Of a DNA stretch of 64,000 nucleotides, positions 11,731 to 25,169 are shown piece after piece. Made by a program: the position numbers and the translations under genes. This DNA is from Chrysomallon squamiferum (Eukaryota > Animalia > Mollusca): positions 15,810,001-15,874,000 of the forward strand of contig CM022672.1 in assembly GCA_012295275.1 (NCBI GenBank). Direction: 5' to 3'. Below the pieces are notes generated by a model. The model did not search any database. It saw only the letters and a list, made by a program, of their open reading frames with translations, and was not told the origin of the DNA. Each line of letters begins with the position of its first letter. Position 1 is the stretch's first letter.

Positions 11731-14679
11731 CAAAGTAAAAACTGCAATCTGTATAACTTTTGCTTTTGCATTTACCAGTTTCTCAATTTAAGATAATAAT
11801 AATAATAATAATAAATTAGAATACATGTTCAGACTTATTTAAAATTTCATTATTGTTAACGTATCTCTGTCCATCACTTACTTAAAATAATTCAGGTTAC
11901 CTGAAAATACTCAATTTAAAGATTGGCCTAAAAGACTTCATTAAAATCTTTACATAATGACTGAGAAATGTGTTATATATTAACATTCCCTTTACTGAAC
12001 GTGGTGAACATAACAAATATTACACATTTAAGAACTTGCATCAAATACCAATAGAATATTAAAATGTATAAGGACTGTGATTTTTGTCAATGATTTAATG
12101 AAATACAGAAATGATAATATAAAAATGGTATGATGTAAGACTCTGGCTTATATAATTATATGTTAAGAATCAATCCTAATTAAATCTGATGTAAATTTTT
12201 CAATAATTAAAATAATGTTTTTTATTGTTTTTAAAATATGGAAAATTATTAAAATATTTCCATCAAAAACAAATGCATTACCATTATAGAAATAAATTAA
12301 CTTTAATTTTTAATTTTCTTTTCTTTTTTTTTCTTTTTTTAAATTAAATAAGCATATACACAGTTTGGATAATGTTTTACATTTTATTACATTTTCACAC
12401 TTAAGCATTTTAATATCCTAAAATTTAATAATTAAAAAAAAAAAAATAATAATAATAATAATTCATGTCATTAATTTTTAAAAGTTTTAAATTATTTTAA
12501 TCATTTCTTTTCCAATTTCAACCACTTCAGAAGTTTTCGAATTTTCATTCTGGCAATATGTTATGTTATTATAATGATATGGTGACATGTGTAATATAAA
12601 TAAAACAATAATGTTTATTAGCATTAAGCATCTACTGGGTGGTTACAAAAAGAGTTAACTTTTTAACATGGGCAATGGAATTAGCTTCATAATTTAAAAG
12701 AACACGAAAGGCTAATTGTGACTGAAGTGTATGAGTATTTATAACTGGTTGTATGTAAATACATAAGCTAAATACTAATGAACTTTAAATACATCGGAAA
12801 CAAGATTTTTATCATTTTAATTGTTTTAATTACCCAAAAACATTCTAAAAACAGTATCATCAATATTGTAGGTGGGTACTTTTGAAATTCGTAACAGAAT
12901 TAAGAAAATAGAACAAAAAGCATTTATAAAATAATATTTATTTTATTTAAAATAATGAAAATAAAATACAGTGGAATTGTATTTGTGGTTAAAGGAAAAC
13001 TTTAATAAAATTGACAACTATATTGCATGATTATATATAGAGGTACAGAAGCCAAAAATTCAAATCTACATTGATACATCATTTAGAAATGTTTTCATTA
13101 CTGTATTATGTATAACTTGTTATTGCAGTCCTATTGGCGTTATTAAAAAAAAATTGATTTATAAATAATATGCATACTTAAAATGTTTTTAAATAAAAAT
13201 TAAAATTAAAATATTAAATTTAAGTTTTCTAAAAAAAATATTTTTCTTTATTAAAACAGCAATTTAGCACATTCATAATTTGTATTAAAAAAATGTTAAA
13301 TTTCAGGCTTTTCACACATAACGATTCTGAATGTTCTGAATATTTTATTTATTTATAGCATCATCATCTACTTGGTAAATAAACAAACAAATGATCCAAC
13401 AGAAAATACAAATTAGAATATTTACAAATTGACATCAGCTTCCACAAGAATTGCACATAATTACCGGTACTTTACTTTGTCACTTGTAAATATAATACTA
13501 TATATATATATAAAGTTATATTTACATATATTAAAAATATATATTGTAATACAGTTCTATATCATCTGTTGTGGAACTATATATAAACAAAAGAATTGTT
13601 GACAGTTCTCATATAGCAAAAACAAAATATATAACATACAATGTCATAATAATAATAATAAATATATAATGACGATGATGATAATGATGATGATATATTT
13701 ACAACAACAACAATAATAATAATAATAATAATAATAATAATTTGCATTGAAAAAAAATGCTTTTACTTTTAAACATACAGCCCTAATATATTACGTTTTC
13801 AGATTTCTTACTGGAGTTAGAAAAATAATTTTTTTAAATAAATATTTCTGTAAAATCATAAAACCAGCTGTTTTTATTTTTTATTTTTATTTTTTTTAAA
13901 TACTTAAAACTGTATCCCCAAAAACATTTCTTTTTCTTCAGTTTATTCTAAAAAAATTGTTTATGACAATGGTAATTAGTAAAGCATTTCTGATGATGAT
14001 AATAATAATAATAATAATAAAATAATAATTTTAAAATAAAAGCAGTTTAGCAAGTCAAAAATAAAGTATGTGGTAGGAATACATAGAACTGTTGTATGTT
14101 CGTGACCCCTTTGACATTTGTGCGACTTAGACAAAAACAACTTCTGTGTGTCAGGTATCTTCAAATAGTTCCCAAGATATTTTCAAAATTATAAAATCTT
14201 AACAGTATTAGAAAAAAAAGTTAAAAAAACAAACAAATGATGAGACAACAACATTTTTTTAATACATCTTATCAGTATAGAATATCCTATACACCGCTCC
14301 TAATGCATAAAGCATACAAACGTGAGACAGAATGTAGATTTATAGCACAGTAAATACGGTAACAGAGAGGTATGACAATAACAGTTTAACGATAGTGAGA
14401 AAATAACTTTCTATAACAGAATATCTTAAAGCTTTCCATTCACAAGTTTTTTTAGTTGTCTTTGTTGTTTCTTTAACAGTTTAAAGAAACTTCGAGTCAC
14501 GTCTTTCAAAAACCATCACAGATATGCACACCACTGACCAGTTGATGCTCTTCTTCACTAATACTTTAGTACCATATGGTTGATTCTTATTATCAACATG
14601 TCTGATTTATGTTTAATGTATGATGGATTCTTCATAGCACTGCAATCAATATTTCATGGCACTGTGGTTGGTATATCAT

Positions 14680-14845
14680 TACCATATGATGAATATTATC
14701 ACTTCATGTATCAACATCATATGCTGGACACTTCCATCACTTCGTATATCAACATCATATGATGAATATTATCACTTCATATATCATCAACACCATATGA
14801 TGGATACTTCATCACTTCATATATCATTTCTTATGCTGGATGCTT
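14680..14845. repeat. Tandem repeat of about 36 bp (atatgatgaatattatcacttcatrtatcaacatc) within the CREBRF 3' UTR
   Basis: About four alternating variants are visible. Confidence 0.75.
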
Positions 14846-16138
14846 TGTAACTTCTTGGTTCATACAAAATTACCGTATGGATACTTTTATCACTTGATGA
14901 TTGGTATATTATTATCATATGAAAGATTCTACACAGTATCAATAGTTGATGTATCACTGCCATAAACCTAAAAACATCACATGACATGTATTTCATCCCA
15001 ATAAAGCTGTCTGTCTTTCTTCTTTTTTCCTTAATTATTTCATTGATGATATCAGGTTTTAACAACAAAAACAAAGAAACAAATAAACAAAAAAGCTGGA
15101 ATAATTTTACTTTTTTTTCAAGATGTCCATGAAGTTGATCCAGAGGTTTTCATTTGTCCATGCCTCTGGCACTTATTTTTTTTAATTTTGTCTCTATTTT
15201 CTTTCTTTTTTTCCTTCTTTAAAAAATGCGATATTCCATACTGACCCACTGAAAGTCTAATCTGTTATTTCTGTGTGATAACTTGACCAGTGGTAAATTA
15301 GCACAATTTGACCAATTAGTTCACAATGCATCAACTCTGTGGAGCTGGCTATTTGACAGTGGAAATCATTTCCATATGAAAATACTTGATCAACAGTTGT
15401 TTTAGCAAAGTACTGACAACAGTGCAGAAATTGTAATTCAGCTTAATGTTGAAATTATTTCAGTCCAGCGATGTTGAAATTAATTTGTTTGTATCATGCT
15501 GATATTATTCCTGTTTTACAGTGATGATTATTATTCAAGTATGTGATGTCAAATTTCTGTTTACTTCTGCATCATATGGAAATAATGTTAATGAAATGGG
15601 GAAAAAAAAGACATTTCAGTTCTTCCGTGCAGGAAATGATCTCAGTTCCATCTGGTGAAAAAATTACTCGTTTCTTCATATAGACAAATGACTTCTTTTC
15701 TTCTCTGTCGAAATATCAATCCATTTTCCCAAAAGGGAAAAATAAAATATTTAAGAAAACTTTTAAATCAGAAAATATCTTCAGTACCATCACCTCATCC
15801 AATATTGCAAAAATCATCCCACTCCATTTGCAAAAAACACTTTTATTCTATAATCCAAATACCAATCCTGAATCCGACTACAAAATCATTCATATCCCAC
15901 AATTCTTTGCTCAGTGCATCTACAGCAACATATTTATTGGTCTACAAAATGGCAGTTTGTTTAGTATCATGAATCTGATGGACTGTTTTCTGAATTTTTA
16001 TTTCTGTTTTGTTATTAGAAGATAGGATTGACCGATGAGTGAGATTCTTTCGTCTTTTTCTTCCTTTTCAAAGAACCAAGGGTTCCAATCGGCTGACAGA
16101 TCATGTGTGATGGGTTGTTTCAGCTCCAATCCCACAAT

Positions 16139-18833
16139 TCACTTGGATTTCTTTGGGATATTCAGCCCACCTGTAGGGTCTCCGCTGCCAACTTTACGAA
16201 TCACAGAATTCACGTATTCTGTTGTGTTACCTGCTGTCATGCAATCTGTTAACACAGCACAAAATAAATAAATAAATACTGGTGACAGTACATGTATTAT
16301 TATTAACAGTAAGAACAGCTGTAGTATTATAATAATATTATTATTTTATTAAATAAGTAAAAGTGGTAGTTCAAAGCATGTTATTAATACTAACAATAGC
16401 TGTAGTAGTAGGAGTATTATTATAATATTATTTGTGTTTTAAATAAATAGAAGTTTTAGTACATAGAGTGTTATTAATAATAGAAGCATGAACAGTATTA
16501 CATAATAATAATAATAAAGTGGTAGTATGTATAATGTTAAAAACATCAGATTAACAGCAGTGGTGAATGGAACAATATATATAAGAATATTTTTAAAATT
16601 AAACAATAATAATAAATGGGATAGTACTTATATTGTTATTAATAATCACAATAGCAGTAGTAGTTGTACTATAAATAAATAACAATAGTAATAATTCTAA
16701 ACTGTTTTTAGAAAGGAGATTCCATGGCATGTTAAATATCAGTGGCAATTAGAAAGAAAAAGAATGTTAAAATAATACAATGCCAAAATAATACTCTGAG
16801 AAGCAGCTTCATTTGAGAAGTTAATCATTTTGAACATCAGTGATGTAAAAAAAATGTGGAAACACAATTATTATTGTCAAATGAATTGATATTTAAAAGG
16901 GTTAACACTTACTGAGATGTTTCTGTATGTACTGTTCCAGTGTTTTGGTAAGTGAAACTTCAGGTATTGACTTTGGTTTTGTTTCAAAAACATGACGTCT
17001 CAAATCGGTTCGTATTGCCTTTAATACTTCCATTAACTGTTCTGTAAGATATAAAATTAATGAATATTAGTGAAATCAATTTCACATTTGTATTCTTTGA
17101 AAATAAAAGCACGAAGATTTATAAACATAATCATGCTTATACATATACATATTCATATACTTATACATATATACATATACATATTTACACATACACATAC
17201 TTAAAGAGATAAGAACACTCATACATATGTACATGTGTGTATTTATGTGTGTGTATATTTATATGTCTGTATGTATAGGTATGCATATAAACACACATGC
17301 ATTATACAGATACACGTAATACACACACAGTATGTCAGCTACATTGTTTGTGCTGAGAGAGACAAAGAGAGAAGAGTAAAATAAACTAAACAAGGTTTTA
17401 CTTACTGTGTTCACACTCCAGCCCATACAGCTTCACTTTGTGAGCTTCGTGCTGAGCTTTCTTCTTCAACCTGCAGGCTCTCGAAGCCAGTTTGTTCTTC
17501 TCTTTCCTTGATTTGTTCCTCTGAGCCGACGATGCCTCAACATTGGCTGTGACCTCGTTAATCTGTCTGTTGAGTCGACGGATCTGAAGACCGATCTGAT
17601 AGAGTTTTTTGGGATTAGCCTGAATATCATTGCCATCCCCTTTCCTTGCCTTCCCACCATGTCTGATTCCAGCAACCACAGTGTTGGTAGGATCAAACAC
17701 CGGATCTTCAAAATTACTAAGAACGTGGGGATTGGTAGTGTTGAGAGCCAGTCGAAGTCTTGTTCCTTTTGGGCCTTTCGACTGGACATTGTACTGCCAG
17801 AAGAACTGTTTCACTTTCTTCTTCCCACTTCCAGTTAGTGATTCCTCCAAAGGGGAAAACTGATCTAACTCTGGATAAAAAGGAATGAGCATTAGATCAT
17901 TAGTTTGTGATTCATTGTTGGATAGTTTATAATATTAAATGAACTGGATGATTAACAGGTTAGTTATACCTTATTTTTAAAAGAGAGAGAGAGTAAGAGA
18001 CAGTATGAAGGAGTGAGAGACAAAAGAGGAGACAGAGATTAATATTTAAAATTAAAAAATTTTTATTAAATAAAAAAATCAAATTATATTTTTACCTTCA
18101 TCTGAAATATCATCATCCAGATCAGAATCTTTTTCACTGTATGCATCACCACCATCATCATCATTGTCTGAATCATCATAATCACCAGAAGTTAGACTGG
18201 AACTACCTGAATCTAAAATATAAATACATTCATAAAATTAACATCATCTGTAATGTATTCAGTCATATTAAGTAAGAGACAGAAAAGTTAAAATCTAATT
18301 TTAATAAAATCATTTTATTATAATATAATTTTAAAATATTTAATAATAGCCTGAGAAAATTGAAAAATAAAAATAAAAATAATTAAATTAAGAAAGGAAA
18401 AAGAATAGCAGAAAGCAAAACAAAAATTTTAAAAATATTTCAAAAGCTACAGATGACAAACAGGAAAAAAATGACCCCACCAAACCACTCCTCCCTAAAA
18501 AACCAAAAAAAAAAACCCCAAAGAAAACAACAAAAACACAGAATTAAATACAAAAAGAAACATAAGAAAAATAATGAATCCAGACAGTTTCAAAACACAA
18601 ATTTATCAATGTCAAAAGGACTATTCCAAATTTTTTTTGTTACAAAAAACCCAGAAAAAACAACAACTGAAGACTGACTAAATGAATAAAACATTAGCAG
18701 TACAATTCCTGGACATCCAAATTATGCCAGTAAAACAAATCTGCATAATGTTTATTGTGCTTCATTTTAACTTGAAATTCAAATTGAAATTATAATAATA
18801 AGCTGAAATGATTAATTAATAATAATAATAATA

Positions 18834-18877
<44 letters not shown>

Positions 18878-19234
18878 GATGATGATGATAATAATTTAAA
18901 AAAAATAAAAAACTGACAGTAGGAAACATCATGCTGGTGTTAACAAAGACGGATTACTGATCCCATTCCACACTTTACTTCCTCCTAAATCTGCTCCAGT
19001 TGTTTAAAATATGTTAACAGTATTAGCCAAAAAAACAAATATGAAGTTTATTTTGTTTATTAACAACAGTAAAATATGCTAATTAATCCACTGGATATCC
19101 AAAAATAATGTTTTTAATAACACAAGAATTGAATATTGATTTAGTTTTTAATTACTGGCTGTTTAACATCATCACATGTTAATCTTTTATTAAAAAAAAA
19201 AAAATACAATTTAAATATTGGGAAATGTTTTAAA

Positions 19235-19276
<42 letters not shown>

Positions 19277-19704
19277 TTTTATTTTTTTTTTTTTATTATT
19301 ATTTTTTTTTTACTAATTTACAAATATTTTATGTTTTCGCAAAGCTCTTTTGTCAAAAATTCCCACAATTAATAATCTTATTATTTAGTAAGAGAATACA
19401 TACATATTTTTCTTTGGTAAAAAAAAAATAAAAAAAAAAAAAAAATGTCCTGTTTACAGCTCATAGATATAAAACATAAGAATTTTGTTTTTTTGTCACG
19501 CCTCGCATTCTTTGCATAATGTTATTCACAGTCATGGTTAATCAAGACTGGAAAAAAATGTCTTCCTTGCACAGAAGTTATTCCAGTAATGTACAGAGCC
19601 TTGAACACAGTCTAGCCAGAAATGTTTTGGGATGGGTTGCGACAGACTCTAAAACAGTATAATTTATGTACTCAGAATTTAAAATATGTATGTGTGTGTG
19701 TATT

Positions 19705-19792
<88 letters not shown>

Positions 19793-20251
19793 CAGAAAGG
19801 GATAGCTAGAGAGAAAAGAGAGTCAGAAGACACAGGTAGAAAAAGAGAGAAAGAAAGAAGAAAGAATAACATGAGAATTTAAACAGGAGAGGAAGGACAG
19901 AATGAGTTAGAGAAGGGCTTGAAAAATAATGGAATAAAAATAATATGAAACAGACATAGAAATGGAAAAATAAACATAAAATGCACATTATAGCTGCTAA
20001 CAATATATATACGACTTTAGAACTTCTCCTTAGTCCAGTGTTCCTTTTTACAGCATTCTACACGTATATATTTATATTACAAAGCATCCTAAAAAAAGAC
20101 AACCACTTGTGAAGTATACACTGACTGGGTCATGTTGCCCTGACCCCTAGAGAGGCTGAGAAAAAGAAGGAATCAATACTTGTGTGTACATGTTGCCTTT
20201 TACACTGATCTGTTTGTCTAGCTGTACACCAGTTCAAACTAAAATATGCAG

Positions 20252-20294
<43 letters not shown>

Positions 20295-20927
20295 TGAAAA
20301 TGACATAGTGCAGTGAAATAAAATAAAACTAACAAATATCACTCTGATAATAATAATAATAAAATGAAATAAAGCTAACAAATATCACTCTGATAATAAT
20401 AATAATAAAATAAAATAAAACTAACAAATATCGCTCTAATAATAATAATAATAAAATGAAATAAAGCTAACAAATATCGCTCAGATAATAATAATAATAA
20501 AATGAAATAAAACTAACAAATATCCCTCAGATAATAATAATAATAAAATGAAATAAAACTAACAAAAATCCCTCTAATAATAATAAAATGAAATAAAACT
20601 AACAAAAATCCCTAATAATAATAATAATAAAATGAAATAAAACTAACAAAAATCCCTCTAATAATAATAAAATGAAATAAAACTAGGAAATATGCTTGAG
20701 AACCGTACTGAGTAATATATGCTTGTTAAATTACACATGCACATGTATACCTACTTTCATACATATATATACCACATGCTAACCCATGCAAAGACATACA
20801 CATGCACACAAATATATATATGTACATAAACATACATAAAAACAAACAATTAATAGATGCGTACACACACAACACGCACACACACACACACACATACATA
20901 CACAGATATACACACAGACACATAGAG

Positions 20928-20973
<46 letters not shown>

Positions 20974-21499
20974 CAGTCAAATGTATCAATAAAATATGCC
21001 CACGAAAACCATCAATGAAGCATAAAAATCATACAAATAAGACAAAAATCACAACAACTCTAGTTATATATTGTACAAACTTCTTGACCTCAAAGTTACA
21101 CAAGGAGGAATTCCAACCATGGCACTCTGCCATGGTTTTTCTCTGTACTTTGGCATCCTCTGGTTAAAGCAAGTGCCAGATACTTTTGTTTATACACTTC
21201 TGTGGCAGGAGTTAAAAGGCACATTAAACGTTTTATGCAGAATGTTCTGAGACAGAAAAACTATGGTACGTTTTGATCCGAGTTTTAGAAATAACAAGTT
21301 ATCAAAGATTGAAAAAATAATTGTTAAAAATTAATAAATGAATACATAAAATATTAATAATTATAAATTAATAATAAAATAATTAAAAAATACTAATAGT
21401 AAAATAATAGTAAAACAAGCATAAATTATAAAAGCAATAATTAAGAATCATAACAATTATCATTTTTTTTCTTTTTCTTTTTCTTTTTCTAATTAATTA

Positions 21500-21531
<32 letters not shown>

Positions 21532-22236
21532 ATTATTATTATTTTTTTTTTCATAATTACTATTATATTATCATTTTCATTACTGTTGTTATTATTTCAC
21601 TTTTATTTATATTTATTATTATTATTATTATTTTTATCCCTTACCCATGTACTCAACGACACCCCTCTCCAAAACAGACACAAGCAAATAATGACTATAC
21701 ATCTATCTTCTCTCCATAACAATAAAAAAAAAAGATAACAACTCACACCTAATAAACAAACGCTGAAATTAGTCACCCAGTGAGCTCAGTCAGTACCACT
21801 CGTACTGCTCCGTTGACCCAAGTCACTGGGTGTGGAATTAGGTCACAGTTTGTAATGTTTACGCAAACAGCATTGTTTGTCACCACATCCAGCTGCCAAT
21901 CCTCTTTCCTAATAGGGAGCCCAGTTACCGAGATTATTGTGACTTTTTGAAGATTTCTATACCAACAGGATCAAGGTGATATTTATGTGGGTTTCCGATA
22001 TGCAAGTTGTTTTTTGACATGAAAAGAACCTATAATATATATCAACACCATGCAGTGGTTTGAATGATTCAGATGTTTACCAACTTCGTGGTCGGAAATT
22101 ATTTTATATTTCTACACTGCTGTAATTTAAAGAGGAAAAAATATTGATGTGTTTTTTTAAATAAAGAAAACCAGTTTTTGTTACATATATTTAGAATGAA
22201 ATAATTTATTAATATTTCAATATTTTTGTAATTCTG

Positions 22237-22279
<43 letters not shown>

Positions 22280-25135
22280 CTGTACTCCTAAACAACCAAT
22301 ATTCATAGTGATATAATGATTTAACGAAATTGTAACCAACAAAAAACAACAACAACAAAAAAAAAAACAAGTGACACGAAATAAAGATGCTTTTATATCT
22401 AAGCTAAATGCAAGGGAAAAATAGAAATACAATCAACACCCATACACGATCTACTCTAATACATGATTATGGACACACAGATATGTGTTTTAGATGTGAC
22501 ACATACAAGATAAAAAGCTAGTTTCAGCCAGTCAGAGTTTCTACAGTGCCCTTATTACATCACAGTAATCTGTACATATCCAAACTGAAATCAACACAAC
22601 ATGAAAGCTTTGCTACTTAAGAGCAAATATGGTGGATTAAAATCCCAAATTTGAAGGCATTGGTTCCAAAAAATATTTAGATGATTAAAATAGGTCATAT
22701 ATAAATGTTTATAGTTTTCTGTCCTCACACAGACCAGTATTCACTTGGATAGATAGACACCCACCTATGTACTGAAGCAAACAGACAACACACTGACTTA
22801 TAATTATTCTTCCATCCATATATATTTATACCCATGTATGTAAATATTCAGACACAACCTACAGTGTATACAAAATAAAAGTGTCCTATATATCACCATT
22901 TGCTCGTATCCACAAATGAAATTCTGATCAGTATACACATATTTTTTAAATTATTTTATCAGTAAACTGTTTAATTTTTGTTATAATTTACAGCACAGTT
23001 TTCAGGATACTTACAGTTTCGACTTCTTTTGCTGTGCGTTGTTGACGTAGATGATGATGGACTCGCAATGGGTTCGTGAATGAATTTCTCAATTTCTTTC
23101 CACTTCTCCTCCATCGTATCCTGATCAATGTTAGAAACTTTCACATTTCGATTCAGACTGACGGAACTTCGCGTGTTGGACGCCACAGGCCGTGATGATG
23201 AAGTCTGCGGGTACTGTTGTGTCAGCGCTGTTGACAGCATGGGAAGCTGCGGCCGATCGAGAGACACGAGGACTTTGGAAGTGGACTGACCAGAGGCGAC
23301 GACCGACTGAGTCTGAGATGGAGACATTGTCCGAGGTGATGGAATTTGTAGCAGTTTGTGTAACATTGTTTTGTCGTCAAAGTCCACGCTCTGCGATGAT
23401 GCCAGAATTTGGTCTTTCGCAGCGCCGGAATTAGCGTTCCACGAACTGGAGGACGAACTCTTCTGAACCATGTTACTGAAGTGTGGTGATGAAATACTGC
23501 TCACCCCAGATGCTGCTCTGCTCACTGTAGCCGATGCTGTTGACACCGACGACCTGTCGCCGACTGATCTCCCTTTTGACATTGTGAATCCAGAATCTGT
23601 GTTGACACTATCGTCCAGAAGAGACTCGTCCATGTTGAGTTCGGCCAGCGTTGGCCCTGTTGTTGGTTTCACATACAACATGTCGTTTAGCTCTGGATCT
23701 ATCTTTACTGACACAGGGTTCCACGAGTCGGGTGATGACGTTGCAGATGAGGTCATGAGGTTAGTCATCTGTGACAGATCCATGCTGGTGCACTCAAACT
23801 GAGGATTCAAGTCAAAGTCTGGACTGTAGCTCTCCATGCTGGAGGAACAAATGTTACTTCCACACAACCCGTTTAATGAATTCTGCATGTCAAATTTTTC
23901 TTGCTCATACATGAACAGGGAATTGGGACTGGCTGCATAAGCAGCTACGTCAACACCAGGTAAGGTGTGGTCATTTTGTAAATTACAGAAGTCGGATTCT
24001 GGAAAAAAATCCATTTTCCCAGATGTATTTACCTGAAGATGAAGAAGAAAAAAAAGTTACTTGTAATTACATTTAAATATAAATTTAAAAAAATAAAACA
24101 AAAAGATAAAATAAAATAAAATAAATTAAAATAAAATAACTAAAGAATTAAATAAATAAATAATAATAACAACCCAAAACACTTAGTGTGAAATAATATG
24201 TATGTGTTAATAAAAAAATTGTTTAAGAAAATATGAACTGATAAAATAATTGTCAGAAATTCAAATATAATTATTCAGAAAACAAATATTAACCTGATTA
24301 AATAAAATTAAAAAAAAAAAAACTGAAAAATTTAGCTAATAAGTAAATAAAGTGTCCTTTAGAAAATGAAATAAAAAAATATATATATATTTACTGTCAT
24401 TAAAACCAAAAGATTAAATGGAAGACATGTTGGTAAGATGAACTTAAAACCAACAATCAAATACATTTCACAACTGAATAATTCAAATTTAAAAAAAAAA
24501 AAAAAAAAAACAATGATAAAAGACTATGCAATTTCTCAGTCCCACATAAACTGAATTGTGGGAAAAACCAATAAAAACTATTTACCAGCTCTTACTCACA
24601 TTTAACAATTAAACTGTCCTTGGATGACATATTGCTTTAGTGAGCACAGCTATACACAAAGATTGTTTTTAATAATATGTAGTTTTTATGAAAGTCACTG
24701 AGTACATTATCAGGTTCAGGATCACTTTCAAGTCTTGCAGCTATTTTTAGTCATGATTTTGTCTTTGACCAATCAGTTTCTATTTGGCACTCCTCCAAAA
24801 TTTCATCAGCTCTAAATACATTGCTTATTCAAAAAAATTTCACTTAAAAATATTTGTTTTAAAACTCTATGAATAAGAACCCATTCAAAATCTTGCCCAG
24901 CTATTCCTTCCCAAAACTGTTTTTTGTGTGTGTGTGCGTGTGTGTGTGTGTGAGACCAAAAATAAGAATAAAAGGAGAAATCCCTAAATTTATAAATTAT
25001 TTTCATTCTGCAGTTTACTGTAATACAGTAACCCAGTTTATTTTATAATATATAAAATTAAAAAAATTAAAATAAAAATTAAAATTAAAATTAAAAATCA
25101 ATAAATACCTTTTGCCGTTTCAAGTCAATAGTCAT
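16139..25135 (-). CDS. CREBRF: CREB3 regulatory factor (CREBRF / Drosophila REPTOR orthologue), bZIP transcription factor. Exons 25135-25109 (candidate first), 24032-23015, 18212-18096, 17870-17406, 17041-16913, 16245-16139
   Basis: Basic region RKEKNKLASRACRLKKKAQHEAHKVKLYGL and upstream NPKKLYQIG match CREBRF. An acidic exon follows the large exon. C-terminus AGNTTEYVNSVIRKVGSGDPTGGLNIPKKSK* aligns with the CREBRF tail (AGQTSEFVNQVLEK...NPTGGL). All junctions are GT-AG and phase-consistent. Confidence 0.95.
19707..19786. repeat. (GA)n microsatellite
   Basis: About 40 perfect units. Confidence 0.95.
20315..20690. repeat. Minisatellite, unit of about 45 bp, roughly 8 copies (aaaatgaaataaaactaacaaatatcnctctgataataataataat)
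   Basis: Directly visible tandem units with variable internal (AAT)n. Confidence 0.9.
21645..21702 (-). CDS. CREBRF: Candidate intronic alternative first coding exon of CREBRF (MYSHYLLVSVLERGVVEYM|D), splicing to exon 18212
   Basis: Open 19-codon frame from ATG, donor TGG|gtaagg in phase 1 matching the 18212 acceptor. It lies next to a relatively GC-rich patch (21750-21910) with forkhead-like and CCAAT motifs. Confidence 0.4.
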
Positions 25136-25169
25136 TGGGGGTGGTTTTCTGGATACAGCTGAAATCCTC

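Noticed and set aside
10000-16138. Multiple Pumilio elements (TGTANATA) in the CREBRF UTR
   Set aside because: Expected by chance at this AT content; enrichment cannot be shown without a computed background.
20315-20690. Regularly spaced repeats resembling a CRISPR array
   Set aside because: Units are contiguous with no unique spacers, the context is a eukaryotic intron and there are no cas genes; it is a minisatellite (likewise 60558-60700).
17466-23802. Overlapping/antisense ORFs on CREBRF exons
   Set aside because: Shadow frames of GC-richer coding exons with no splice or domain support.
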